A DNA stretch of 64,000 nt from Candidatus Bathyarchaeia archaeon (GTDB lineage: Archaea; Thermoproteota; Bathyarchaeia; 40CM-2-53-6), in the NCBI GenBank assembly GCA_050013255.1, contig JBEKFP010000002.1:32001-96000 (forward strand), in the 5' to 3' direction. Below the pieces are notes generated by a model. The model was not told the DNA's origin and did not search any database. It saw only the letters and a program-made list of their open reading frames with translations. A program made the translations under genes and the position numbers. This document shows, piece by piece, positions 28,475 to 37,114 of the stretch (position 1 is its first letter; every line of letters begins with the position of its first letter).

Positions 28475-29428
28475 ATGAAGGTGCTTGTAACTGGTGGAGC
28501 TGGGTTCATTGGGAGCCATCTTGTAGAAGCTTTACTGGCGCATGGCGACGATGTTGTCGCACTGGACAACCTCAGTAGCGGTAGTTTGGATAACCTGCGC
28601 GAGTCGTCAAGCAAACCTGGCTTCAATTTTGTCGAGGCAGACCTGAAGAACTTTGGCGGATGGAATGAAGTCTTGGATGGAGTGAAACTGGTTTATCATT
28701 TCGCCGCCAATCCTGAGGTAAATGTCGGCGAAACCAACCCCGCCGTGCATTACCAGGAGAATCTTTTCGCAACATTCATGTTGCTGGAAGCGCTTCGCAA
28801 GAGCAAGGGTGCAAAGCACATCGTGTTTGCCTCCACTTCCACAGTGTACGGCGAAGCGTCTAAACTACCCACCCCTGAATCCTACGGGCCACTTTTGCCC
28901 ATCTCTACGTACGGTGCATCCAAGCTAGGCTGCGAGGTTCTCCTCAGCTCATACTCATATACGCATGGGATGCGCGCTCTAATCTTACGCCTTGGCAACT
29001 GCGTCGGTTCACGAGCAAGACACGGCGTCGTAGTGGATTTTATAAAAAAGCTGAAAGCGGATGCCACCGCATTAGAGATCCTAGGCGACGGAACCCAGAA
29101 AAAATCCTACCTCCACATCGAAGACCTCCTCGACGCGGCCGGGTTCATTAGGGATCGTTTCTTATCCTCTGAACAACGTGTCGACGTCTACAACCTCAGT
29201 TCGGCGGACCAAATCACCGTCAAACGCATCGCTGAAATTGTCGCCCAACAAATGGGCCTGCATGGAGTAAAGATGAATTTTACAGGGGGCGTCGACGGCG
29301 GGAGGGGATGGTTAGGGGACGTCAAACAAATGCACCTCTCCATCGGAAAACTGCGAAGGCTGGGTTGGACTCCGAAACTCAACAGCGAAGCCGCAGTACG
29401 GAGGGCGGCGAAGGAGCTCTTGGCCTAG
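28475..29428 (+). CDS. NAD-dependent UDP-glucose 4-epimerase family protein
   Basis: VLVTGGAGFIGSH, STSTVYG, YGASK, GWLGDV. Confidence 0.9.
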   Translation: MKVLVTGGAGFIGSHLVEALLAHGDDVVALDNLSSGSLDNLRESSSKPGFNFVEADLKNFGGWNEVLDGVKLVYHFAANPEVNVGETNPAVHYQENLFATFMLLEALRKSKGAKHIVFASTSTVYGEASKLPTPESYGPLLPISTYGASKLGCEVLLSSYSYTHGMRALILRLGNCVGSRARHGVVVDFIKKLKADATALEILGDGTQKKSYLHIEDLLDAAGFIRDRFLSSEQRVDVYNLSSADQITVKRIAEIVAQQMGLHGVKMNFTGGVDGGRGWLGDVKQMHLSIGKLRRLGWTPKLNSEAAVRRAAKELLA

Positions 29429-30159
29429 TGTCTAGACCGCAGAAATCCCAACTTATCATTACCCTCCCAGTCTACAGAGACGTAGCGTTCCTTGAGAAGA
29501 CAGCTGACGCCCTCCAAGAGATCACGCCCTCTATCTCGAAGGATTTCATCCTCTTGATCGCCGAAGACGGGTCCAACTCTTCAGAAATAGTTGAGAGACT
29601 CCGAACGAAATACCCAAACATCATCTACTTTCAAAATGATCGCAGATTGGGTAGGGGGAAGGCACTGCGGGAGGCTTGGAAGAAAGTCCGAGGCAACATT
29701 TACGCCTATATCGACGTGGACCAGGCGACAGATGTCACGAGACTAAATGCATATGCGAACCTAATCAATCTACAAGGGGACTTTGACCTCGTTACTGGGT
29801 CACGGTATATTGCAGCGTCGGTAACAGCGCGCCCTTGGCTTCGAAGAACCGCATCAATTGCATACAACTGGTGGGTTCGAATGATGTTCCGGACCGGGGT
29901 TCACGACCACCAATGCGGATTCAAGTCCTTCTCACGTGAATTAGTTGAACGACTGGCCATTGAGGCCAAGAGCGATTCTTGGTTCTGGGATACAGAGGTT
30001 ATCGTTCTCGCTAGGAAATTAGGGTTTAAAGTAAAGGAAATACCGATCTACTGGACCGAGAAAAAGGGGCGAAGAACGCCCGTCAAACGTCTACTAAAGG
30101 ACATATGGCTTCATGGAATCGGGATGCTGGGCCTGTTTTACAGGATCTGGCTCTGTTAA
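29428..30159 (+). CDS. GT2 dolichyl-phosphate glycosyltransferase (AglD/Alg5-like); last 3 codons replaced by the mobile-element insertion
   Basis: IAEDGS, GRGKA, YIDVD, TGSRY, DHQCGFK, WFWDTE; the empty site would read ...FYRIYIA*. Confidence 0.85.
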   Translation: MSRPQKSQLIITLPVYRDVAFLEKTADALQEITPSISKDFILLIAEDGSNSSEIVERLRTKYPNIIYFQNDRRLGRGKALREAWKKVRGNIYAYIDVDQATDVTRLNAYANLINLQGDFDLVTGSRYIAASVTARPWLRRTASIAYNWWVRMMFRTGVHDHQCGFKSFSRELVERLAIEAKSDSWFWDTEVIVLARKLGFKVKEIPIYWTEKKGRRTPVKRLLKDIWLHGIGMLGLFYRIWLC

Positions 30160-30205
30160 CTTGTCGGCGGACGTCGTTTAGTTTCATCCTCCTGTCAACG
30201 CTTTA

Positions 30206-31420
30206 TTGTTCAGCCGAAAGAGGCCAGTCGTCGACACAACCTTGCTTGCGGTCAAGGCGGTTCAGCAAAACTATACGCCGAACAGCCAGCTACTCGCCTT
30301 GCTTGAACAGTTCCGGCAAATGGTCAACGACTCCATTAGAATCGGACTCGCCGAGAACGTTACCAGCCTCAAGTCACTCTCCACCAAAGCTTACAATCAA
30401 CTTGCAACCTACGATGTCATGAGTTACTACAAACTCTGCGCAATCAGCAAAGCCACAGGCATCCTCAAGAACTACAGGAAAACGGAACGAAGAGGTAAAC
30501 GGGTCAGCAGGCCCTACGCCCGAAGACCGCAACTCACAACATGCTACGGATTCAAAATAAGCAGCGGAAACCTCCTACTGCCCATCAAGCCGAGGAGCAA
30601 TATCAGAATCCCCCTAAATCGTCATACGTTGCAGGTTCTTTCCGAGACTCGCCTAACGGCTCGATCGGTCACCCTCACCGCGAGCACAATTACCGTGGCC
30701 TACTCGAAAGATGTCCCAACTTTGGAACCGAGCGGATTCATGGCTATAGATAGGAACCTTGACAACGTGACAATAGCCGACTCAAACGGCTCAATCACGC
30801 GGCATAACCTATCAGAGGCTACGGAAATCAAGGCCATGTACCGTGAAGTGAAATCCCATCTGAACCGTAACGATTCCCGCGTAAAGCAGAGAGTCTACGC
30901 AAAGTACGGTATGAGGCAGCGTAATCGCGTGAGGCAACTTCTCCACCTAACCTCGAAACAAATTATCACAGAAGCTAAGAGTAGTAAGTCGGCGATTGTG
31001 ATGGAACGACTGACAGGAATACGCAAACTCTACAGGAAAGAGAATGGACAGGGTCGTAATTATCACGCAAGGATGAACGGTTGGAGCTTCGCGGAGCTGC
31101 AAAGGCAGGTTGAGTATAAGGCTAGATGGGAGGGCTTGCCTGTAATCTACGTGAACCCGTATGGTACTTCAGTGAAGTGTTCGATATGTGGGTTAAGAAT
31201 GAAACCCGAAGAGAACCGAACATTGAAGTGCCGTTCTTGCGGATTCACGGTAGACCGTGACGTGAATGCTGCTAGGAATATTCTAGCGGCTGGTATGAGA
31301 GCCCTGAGGTTCGGGGCCGTCGCGCCTGCAAGTGAAGCAATGGTACAAGAACCCCAGCGTAGGGTAATCTTGAAAGTCGATGCAGACGAGTTGACCGACC
31401 GGCATCCGCCGACAAGTTAA
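30206..31420 (+). CDS. tnpB: RNA-guided endonuclease TnpB
   Basis: RuvC-I AIDRN, RuvC-II IVMERL, WSFAELQRQVEYKA, YTS-like GTSVKCSIC...CRSC zinc finger, RuvC-III DRDVNAARNIL. Confidence 0.95.
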   Translation: MFSRKRPVVDTTLLAVKAVQQNYTPNSQLLALLEQFRQMVNDSIRIGLAENVTSLKSLSTKAYNQLATYDVMSYYKLCAISKATGILKNYRKTERRGKRVSRPYARRPQLTTCYGFKISSGNLLLPIKPRSNIRIPLNRHTLQVLSETRLTARSVTLTASTITVAYSKDVPTLEPSGFMAIDRNLDNVTIADSNGSITRHNLSEATEIKAMYREVKSHLNRNDSRVKQRVYAKYGMRQRNRVRQLLHLTSKQIITEAKSSKSAIVMERLTGIRKLYRKENGQGRNYHARMNGWSFAELQRQVEYKARWEGLPVIYVNPYGTSVKCSICGLRMKPEENRTLKCRSCGFTVDRDVNAARNILAAGMRALRFGAVAPASEAMVQEPQRRVILKVDADELTDRHPPTS

Positions 31421-31427
31421 CAGAACC
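31295..31427 (+). ncRNA. Putative omega-RNA scaffold overlapping the tnpB 3' end (guide would be the flank from 31428)
   Basis: Position typical of TnpB omega-RNA; conserved second copy at 51405-51527 with a compensatory base-pair change; 5' boundary approximate. Confidence 0.7.
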
Positions 31428-31503
31428 CAGGATCTACATAGCCTAGCACGGCTACATGACGTTTAAACTTCCATTCAGTCAGACATATTCGGGCTGAGTT
31501 CAG

Positions 31504-33159
31504 TTGACACCAGTGACGGAGCTAAGGGAAATCGCTCTAGGCAAACTGGAGGAGCTGGCTCCGGCGTCTCAAAGGGTAGCCATCTGCGAATATGGGCCCT
31601 CAGTCTATGCAAGACCAGGCTCGTACAAGGGTCAAGACGTTATGGTTGTATGCGAAAACTACGCAAATGGGCTGCGAGCCCATCTTAGGGTTATCGAAGG
31701 GCATGAAATTAGGTTCCTAATAGCCGATCGGGATCTGCTAGAGTCAGATATCAAAAGGGGGACGCTCGGTGATTTCATCACCGAGAAATTCCTGTACCCC
31801 CATCGCCCACTAGCGAATAGCGAATACGTCGAAAAAATAAGCACCCAAGCTAAGACGCGCGTCGTGAAGGAAGAAACCCGAGACCTCGTCGTGGAGTACG
31901 GTGAAATGTGCCGCGGCTTGGTTGCGAAACCGGAGTTCTTCGGCATTTCGCGAATGAGGAAGCGAGCACGCGTTTTCATGCCCAGCATGGCTGATTATCT
32001 CAGGCTCCTAGAGCCCTCAGTTCGCAAGCATAACATAGTGATAATTCAAGAATCTTTCAGAGCCGCAATTTCATCGATGAAGGGCGATGTGGTGGAACTT
32101 GAGGGTGACCACGTTGCGTTCCAGGACAACGCTATCGACCGATGGTTGAAGGACAGAGCCTCGGAGCAGGCAGTGAACATACTCCGACAGAGCCAAAGGG
32201 CATTCTACTCCTACCTCACGAAGGGGCGTTCGATTTACCTTAGCCTAGATCTCCTTGCCCGCGAACTCAGCGAGCCCATAAGGGTAGGAATCGATCCAGC
32301 ACTGATGGGAACGAAACCCGAGAACCCGAAAGATTACCTCTCCCTACGAACCTCCGAAGGCTTCACTTCCTTCAATGAGACGGCATCCTTAGAGGACATT
32401 GCATCAAAACTGCGCCCCGGACGTCCAATAACAATTTCGCCATTGGCCGGCGTTCTTAACGAAGTCTTCCTCGTGACGGCTGGAAAGGAGCAATTTGTTG
32501 CAAAGAAGTTCACGGACTGGCATGGGTTCAAGTGGTTCACGCTCAACCTTGTATCATTTGGCAGCAAAGTGTTTGCTGTATCAGGAAAGACAAGAATGAC
32601 CAACGAATATGGGATCAATCGCTACCTAGCCAAGAAAGGGTTGAAAGTTCCACAGATAATTCACGTGAACCTTAGGCAGCGAATCTTGGTTGAAAAATAC
32701 GTGGTTGGGACTGGATTAAGCGATTTCGTAACGTCAGCCGTTAATCAGAGCACATTGGCCGAGGGCCAATGTCGACTTGCCGAATCGCTTGGCGAGACAT
32801 TGGCAAGGATTCACGATGTGGGGGTTTCAGTCGGGGATGCTAAGCCGGAGAACTTTGTCGCAAGTGAGGGTGAAATCTTCACCGTCGACTTGGAGCAAGC
32901 AGGTAAACGCGGCGACTACGCATGGGATATAGCTGAACTGCTCTTCTACTCTGGACATTATAGCGCAAGTCAGATTCCCACACGCGGACTTAGCATGCTT
33001 GTTGAAGCATTCATAGAGGGGTACTTGCGGAAGGGTCGTCCTGCGGAATTGAGACGGGCTACCGGGGTCAGATACGTGAAGGCGTTCTCTTTCTGGACTC
33101 CAGCGCCGGTCATACTTGAGATATTGAGAACTCTTCACGAGGCCAGTCGGGGAGAATGA
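31504..33159 (+). CDS. Fusion of a degenerate nucleotidyltransferase-like domain and a RIO/Kdo/Bud32-like kinase
   Basis: N-terminal YGPSV...DVMVV; C-terminal VAKK, IHDVGVSVGDAKPENF, DLEQ. Confidence 0.7.
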   Translation: MTPVTELREIALGKLEELAPASQRVAICEYGPSVYARPGSYKGQDVMVVCENYANGLRAHLRVIEGHEIRFLIADRDLLESDIKRGTLGDFITEKFLYPHRPLANSEYVEKISTQAKTRVVKEETRDLVVEYGEMCRGLVAKPEFFGISRMRKRARVFMPSMADYLRLLEPSVRKHNIVIIQESFRAAISSMKGDVVELEGDHVAFQDNAIDRWLKDRASEQAVNILRQSQRAFYSYLTKGRSIYLSLDLLARELSEPIRVGIDPALMGTKPENPKDYLSLRTSEGFTSFNETASLEDIASKLRPGRPITISPLAGVLNEVFLVTAGKEQFVAKKFTDWHGFKWFTLNLVSFGSKVFAVSGKTRMTNEYGINRYLAKKGLKVPQIIHVNLRQRILVEKYVVGTGLSDFVTSAVNQSTLAEGQCRLAESLGETLARIHDVGVSVGDAKPENFVASEGEIFTVDLEQAGKRGDYAWDIAELLFYSGHYSASQIPTRGLSMLVEAFIEGYLRKGRPAELRRATGVRYVKAFSFWTPAPVILEILRTLHEASRGE

Positions 33160-33788
33160 ATCGTAACATTCGATTAGTAATTTTCGATTTGGACGGGACC
33201 CTAACCCCCGTGGAAAGCTTGTGGCGGTACCTTCACGAAGCCTTTGGTACCTGGGAACAAGGGAAGATAGCCGCCCTCAAGTACAGCCGCGGCGAAATAT
33301 CCTACAAGCAGTGGGCTGAGAGTGATGCTGGATACTGGGCGGGAGTTTCGCTTTCAAGGGTCACCAGGATGCTCGAGGAGATACCGTATCGAAGGGGAGC
33401 GAGGGAGGTCTTTGCGGAGCTTAAGCGTCGGCAAGTAAAGACCGCCATTGTTAGCGCGGGGTTGTCACTCCTAACAAATAAGGTGGCAGAGGAACTTGAA
33501 GCCGACGCCGCGGTTTCAAATGAACTTGAGACCAGAGAAGGTTGGTTGACGGGTGGAATCAGAGTGCGAGTCGCGGTCAACAATAAGCGAGAAATCATTG
33601 AACAAGTCGCTGCCTCACTTCAGATTGCCCTTCAAGAAGTCGCCCTCGTGGGTGACCAAGCTTTCGATCTATCGCATTCAGAGTGCTTGAGAATCGCATT
33701 TAAACCGAAAAATGACATCGCAAGGCGCCAGGCTGACTTTGTTGTGGAAGATGACGACCTCACCCAAATTCTTCAATACCTTATCTAG
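33156..33788 (+). CDS. HAD-superfamily phosphatase (phosphoserine phosphatase-like)
   Basis: FDLDGTL, IVSAG, VGDQAFD. Confidence 0.85.
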   Translation: MNRNIRLVIFDLDGTLTPVESLWRYLHEAFGTWEQGKIAALKYSRGEISYKQWAESDAGYWAGVSLSRVTRMLEEIPYRRGAREVFAELKRRQVKTAIVSAGLSLLTNKVAEELEADAAVSNELETREGWLTGGIRVRVAVNNKREIIEQVAASLQIALQEVALVGDQAFDLSHSECLRIAFKPKNDIARRQADFVVEDDDLTQILQYLI

Positions 33789-33835
33789 CGTGCCCGGTTA
33801 GAGAATGCAGATAAGCATAATCGAGGATCCGGTCA

Positions 33836-34276
33836 TTGCCTTCACACGAGGAGTCTTTCAACTGCGGTGGGTTGGTGGGGTCCATCAACCTCTACAATGA
33901 CCGGATGGTTATCAATAGCAAGGAGTGGGGTGTCTCCAAGTCTTATCAACTTCCCATTAAGCGAATAAGGTCAGTTGTGGTTGAGCGCAAGAGTGTAATA
34001 CCTTTCGCCACACTCACAGTAATCGCGGCGGCTACAATACTATTGGCGAGATACAATGCGCTTTGGTTTTTGGTTAATCTGACACCCCAAAACGCACAAA
34101 CCATAAGCTCATACGCACTCCTCGTTTCCGTAGTCAGCGCGATTCCGACGTTGATCCGTATAATATTCGTTAGTGTTTCTATTACTTGGGATGGCAATCC
34201 CAGATCATTCCGCGTGGGCTTCGTCCCACTCCGCCGCGGGAAGCGTTTAGCCCAGAAGTTTCAAGAATTGTCGTAG
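33836..34276 (+). CDS. Hypothetical 2-TM membrane protein
   Basis: Two hydrophobic segments; operon position. Confidence 0.55.
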   Translation: MPSHEESFNCGGLVGSINLYNDRMVINSKEWGVSKSYQLPIKRIRSVVVERKSVIPFATLTVIAAATILLARYNALWFLVNLTPQNAQTISSYALLVSVVSAIPTLIRIIFVSVSITWDGNPRSFRVGFVPLRRGKRLAQKFQELS

Positions 34277-34295
34277 TGGAGCTGAGTTAATCGAT

Positions 34296-35069
34296 TTGGG
34301 TAGCATGATCACGGAGGGTTCATTGGTTCTCCTATATTTCGATGTGAAGCGTCAATGGCTCATACGCATCAATGGGGCGAGGCAATTTCATACGCACAAA
34401 GGATATGTTGCCTTAGCGGATCTTGTGGAACGGCCGTTTGGGACTGCGTTGAAAAGTTCGCTCGGCCATACGTTTTGGGCCCTGAAACCTACCACTTATG
34501 ATTTCATAATGCATAGCGCAAGGAAGACGCAGATAATGTACCCTAAGGATATCGGCCTAGTCATTCTCAAACTAGCGCTTTCCCCTGGGTTGAACGTTCT
34601 GGAAATAGGAACCGGCAGTGGTGCCATGACACTGGCGGCAGCGATGGCGGTGAAACCAGCCGGTCATGTTCATACGTACGAGGCACGCGCTGAATTCATG
34701 GAAGTTGCTGAACGAAACCTCAAGAGGGCAGCTGTCTCAGAATACGTGACCATTCATAATGCTGATGCTAGTACAGGCATCGAAGGTTCGGATTTCGACG
34801 CAGCCATAATTGACGTAGGCGACCCATGGCCCTTGATTCCACATGTACACAAAGCTCTATCCGGTGGCTCACCCGTGGTCTCCTTCAGCCCTACCTTCAA
34901 CCAAGTTGAGAAGACCACTGAAGTCTTCGGGAAGGAAGGGTTCGTGAACATTCAGACCATTGAGTGCTTCATTCGCGAAATAAGGGCGGATACCGGCAAA
35001 ACCAGGCCTGCAACAATCATGGTCGGCCACACGGGCTACATGACTTTCGCCCAAAAATGCAACCCGTAG
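34296..35069 (+). CDS. trmI: tRNA (adenine-N1)-methyltransferase
   Basis: FHTHKG, RKTQIMYPKD, LEIGTGSGAMT, DVGDPW, VGHTGYM. Confidence 0.92.
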   Translation: MGSMITEGSLVLLYFDVKRQWLIRINGARQFHTHKGYVALADLVERPFGTALKSSLGHTFWALKPTTYDFIMHSARKTQIMYPKDIGLVILKLALSPGLNVLEIGTGSGAMTLAAAMAVKPAGHVHTYEARAEFMEVAERNLKRAAVSEYVTIHNADASTGIEGSDFDAAIIDVGDPWPLIPHVHKALSGGSPVVSFSPTFNQVEKTTEVFGKEGFVNIQTIECFIREIRADTGKTRPATIMVGHTGYMTFAQKCNP

Positions 35070-35153
35070 TCTGCAAGTAGTTTCTTTTCAAATTCTCGTA
35101 TCGGATAACATATTGGCTGGGTGGACATTAATACAATACATTAATGGTCGGGG

Positions 35154-36503
35154 GTGGGTTGTTTGGGTCAACGTCTTGTTCCTGCCCTCAAGATGCGGAC
35201 TTGGATGCTTCTAGTCATTCTGACAGTTGTTCTGCTGCCGCCTAACGTTGCTTCTGGATTAGCGACTGCCCGCGGCGAGTCATACTTGCTCGTTGGCGGA
35301 CAGAATGGAGGCTGGTTCCAGAGCGGACAGACGCCTAGGCTTTACAAAATCATGCTCTCAGACTTTTCAGTGAGTAAATTGACCCCGGTTTCAAGTGAAG
35401 GCACGGTATGGACGGGTGGTTGGAATGGTTCACAATGGTTAGTCTCAGGATGGGGAGTCGACCCCGGAGCTACGGGATCTGATCCATACCTGTACCTATA
35501 CGATGGGCAGAAGCAAGTTGTTGGTGGCTCCTTGAATCAATTCGCGTCGGAAGCATCTTGGCACGGAGGAGACGTCTTTGCGGTCAGCTACAATGGGCAT
35601 GAATGGCTGCTCTCAGGTTTGGGTTCTGGTTCGTTAGGCGAAGGTCGGCAACCATCTAACCATATGGCATTGGGGTTGTTCGACGGCTACCACTTCACTG
35701 ACTTATCCTCCGAGGTCCCTAACCAGTGGGATGCGATACTGTATGCGAATGCTTGGAACGGCCACTATTGGCTTGTGGGTGGGGGATGGGAGGGTAATGA
35801 TGGAGAGCTCTATCGCTTTGACGGGATGAACTTCACTGACCTGTCGTTCCAACTGGAGTCCGTAATGCACCAGTTTCATTCGGTTCAAGCAATTCAGTGG
35901 AACGGGGACTACTGGCTCGTTGGTGGAGTAGGCTTCCTGGTCAAGTATGATGGACAGAAGTTCACTGATCTGACGCCTGGACTGAACGCCGCGATCAGCG
36001 CCCGACACGTGCGGAACCTTAGCTCGTGCTGCAATGCTGTCAACGCCCTCGAGTGGAACGGGGCCTCATGGCAAATAGGTGGAGGTGCACCCATCAGCGT
36101 CACGGAACCGGGTACTGTATGGATCGTGAACTATGACGGGGCAAAATTCACCGACCTTACTCCGCTTATCCAATCCTACATTGCGAACCCTTCACAAAGC
36201 TCGAGCATACTCACCATTACCTATTCGGACGCCTCTTGGTTTTATGGAGGATACGCAGACGGCAAGGGTATCTTACTCTCCTATGCGAACCATACGATGG
36301 CCGATCTCTCCTATTTGATCGGCGATGAGATGAGCACAGTAAACTGGGTGGGCGGATGGCCCAAGGCATCTAACGAAAGTTCGATCCGAGATTTTGAAAT
36401 CTATGCTGCTTCCATCATCGTGGTTGTAGCTGCCGCGCTAACGATTAGGTTAATGCGCAAAAAACACTTCAGTTCTTATCGCATATACAAAGAGTCCCAG
36501 TAA
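35154..36503 (+). CDS. Secreted repeat (beta-propeller-like) protein with C-terminal TM anchor
   Basis: Repeated WNGxxWLVGG ... YDGxxFTDL units; signal peptide; C-terminal TM. Confidence 0.75.
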   Translation: MGCLGQRLVPALKMRTWMLLVILTVVLLPPNVASGLATARGESYLLVGGQNGGWFQSGQTPRLYKIMLSDFSVSKLTPVSSEGTVWTGGWNGSQWLVSGWGVDPGATGSDPYLYLYDGQKQVVGGSLNQFASEASWHGGDVFAVSYNGHEWLLSGLGSGSLGEGRQPSNHMALGLFDGYHFTDLSSEVPNQWDAILYANAWNGHYWLVGGGWEGNDGELYRFDGMNFTDLSFQLESVMHQFHSVQAIQWNGDYWLVGGVGFLVKYDGQKFTDLTPGLNAAISARHVRNLSSCCNAVNALEWNGASWQIGGGAPISVTEPGTVWIVNYDGAKFTDLTPLIQSYIANPSQSSSILTITYSDASWFYGGYADGKGILLSYANHTMADLSYLIGDEMSTVNWVGGWPKASNESSIRDFEIYAASIIVVVAAALTIRLMRKKHFSSYRIYKESQ

Positions 36504-36658
36504 TACATTGAGCAACGTCTGACTTGCTAATCCGGTTGATCTGGGTGATACTCCCCTTTTCTGGTGCAGCTCCGCCGAGAACCCTGCAGCCTATCGCCAC
36601 AAAGAGTAGCTGCGAATTCCAAAGCCATGAAGGCTGTTTCGTTGTAGTCAGCGGGAGT

Positions 36659-37045
36659 TCAATTCGAACTTCTGGCTTTTTCGATTAGTTCGAGCCAGTT
36701 TCCGTCCGGGTCTTTTATGAACGCAATCTTGGAAGATGATCCACTTAGCGAAAAGGGTTCCATTGCGATGGTGACTCCGTTCGCTTTGAGCTCGTCTACA
36801 GCCTTTCTCACATCGTTAACTGCTAAGGCTATGTGGTCGAAATTGTCGCCTTCAACCAAATTCTTCTTGTCCCGCCAGCGTGTAAGTTCTATGGCAGCGC
36901 CGCTCTCGTCCTGCAAAAAAGCTATTTCAGCATTGTTCTGCCTGACCTCCCGACGGCTCACAAGTCTGAGTCCGATGAAATGGGTGTAGAACTCGATGGA
37001 CTTGTCAAGGTCAGATACGTTTAGGCAGGTGTGGAGAATCTTCAC
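36659..37045 (-). CDS. VOC family glyoxalase I / lactoylglutathione lyase-like protein
   Basis: LHTCLNVSDLDKSIEFY, IELT, FDHIA, FIKDPDGNWLELIE. Confidence 0.9.
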   Translation of the reverse strand: MKILHTCLNVSDLDKSIEFYTHFIGLRLVSRREVRQNNAEIAFLQDESGAAIELTRWRDKKNLVEGDNFDHIALAVNDVRKAVDELKANGVTIAMEPFSLSGSSSKIAFIKDPDGNWLELIEKARSSN

Positions 37046-37114
37046 TGAAATCGCTCGCTGCGTAGGCTGACTTGAAGAAAGATAATGGAGACAAAAGATG
37101 GGGTTGCTGGTGGC

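Larger units (their letters stand above)
30149..31427 (+). mobile_element. 1279-bp non-autonomous tnpB element with IS6-like TIRs and 8-bp TSD CAGGATCT
   Basis: Left GGCTCTGTTAACTTGTCGGCGGA (30149-30171); right TCCGCCGACAAGTTAACAGAACC (31405-31427), 22/23 inverted match; CAGGATCT at 30141-30148 and 31428-31435. Confidence 0.92.

Noticed and set aside
30149-31427. Calling the tnpB element a standard IS200/IS605 or IS607 member, or a Cas12f CRISPR locus
   Set aside because: No TnpA, no array and no cas genes; it has TIRs and an 8-bp TSD instead
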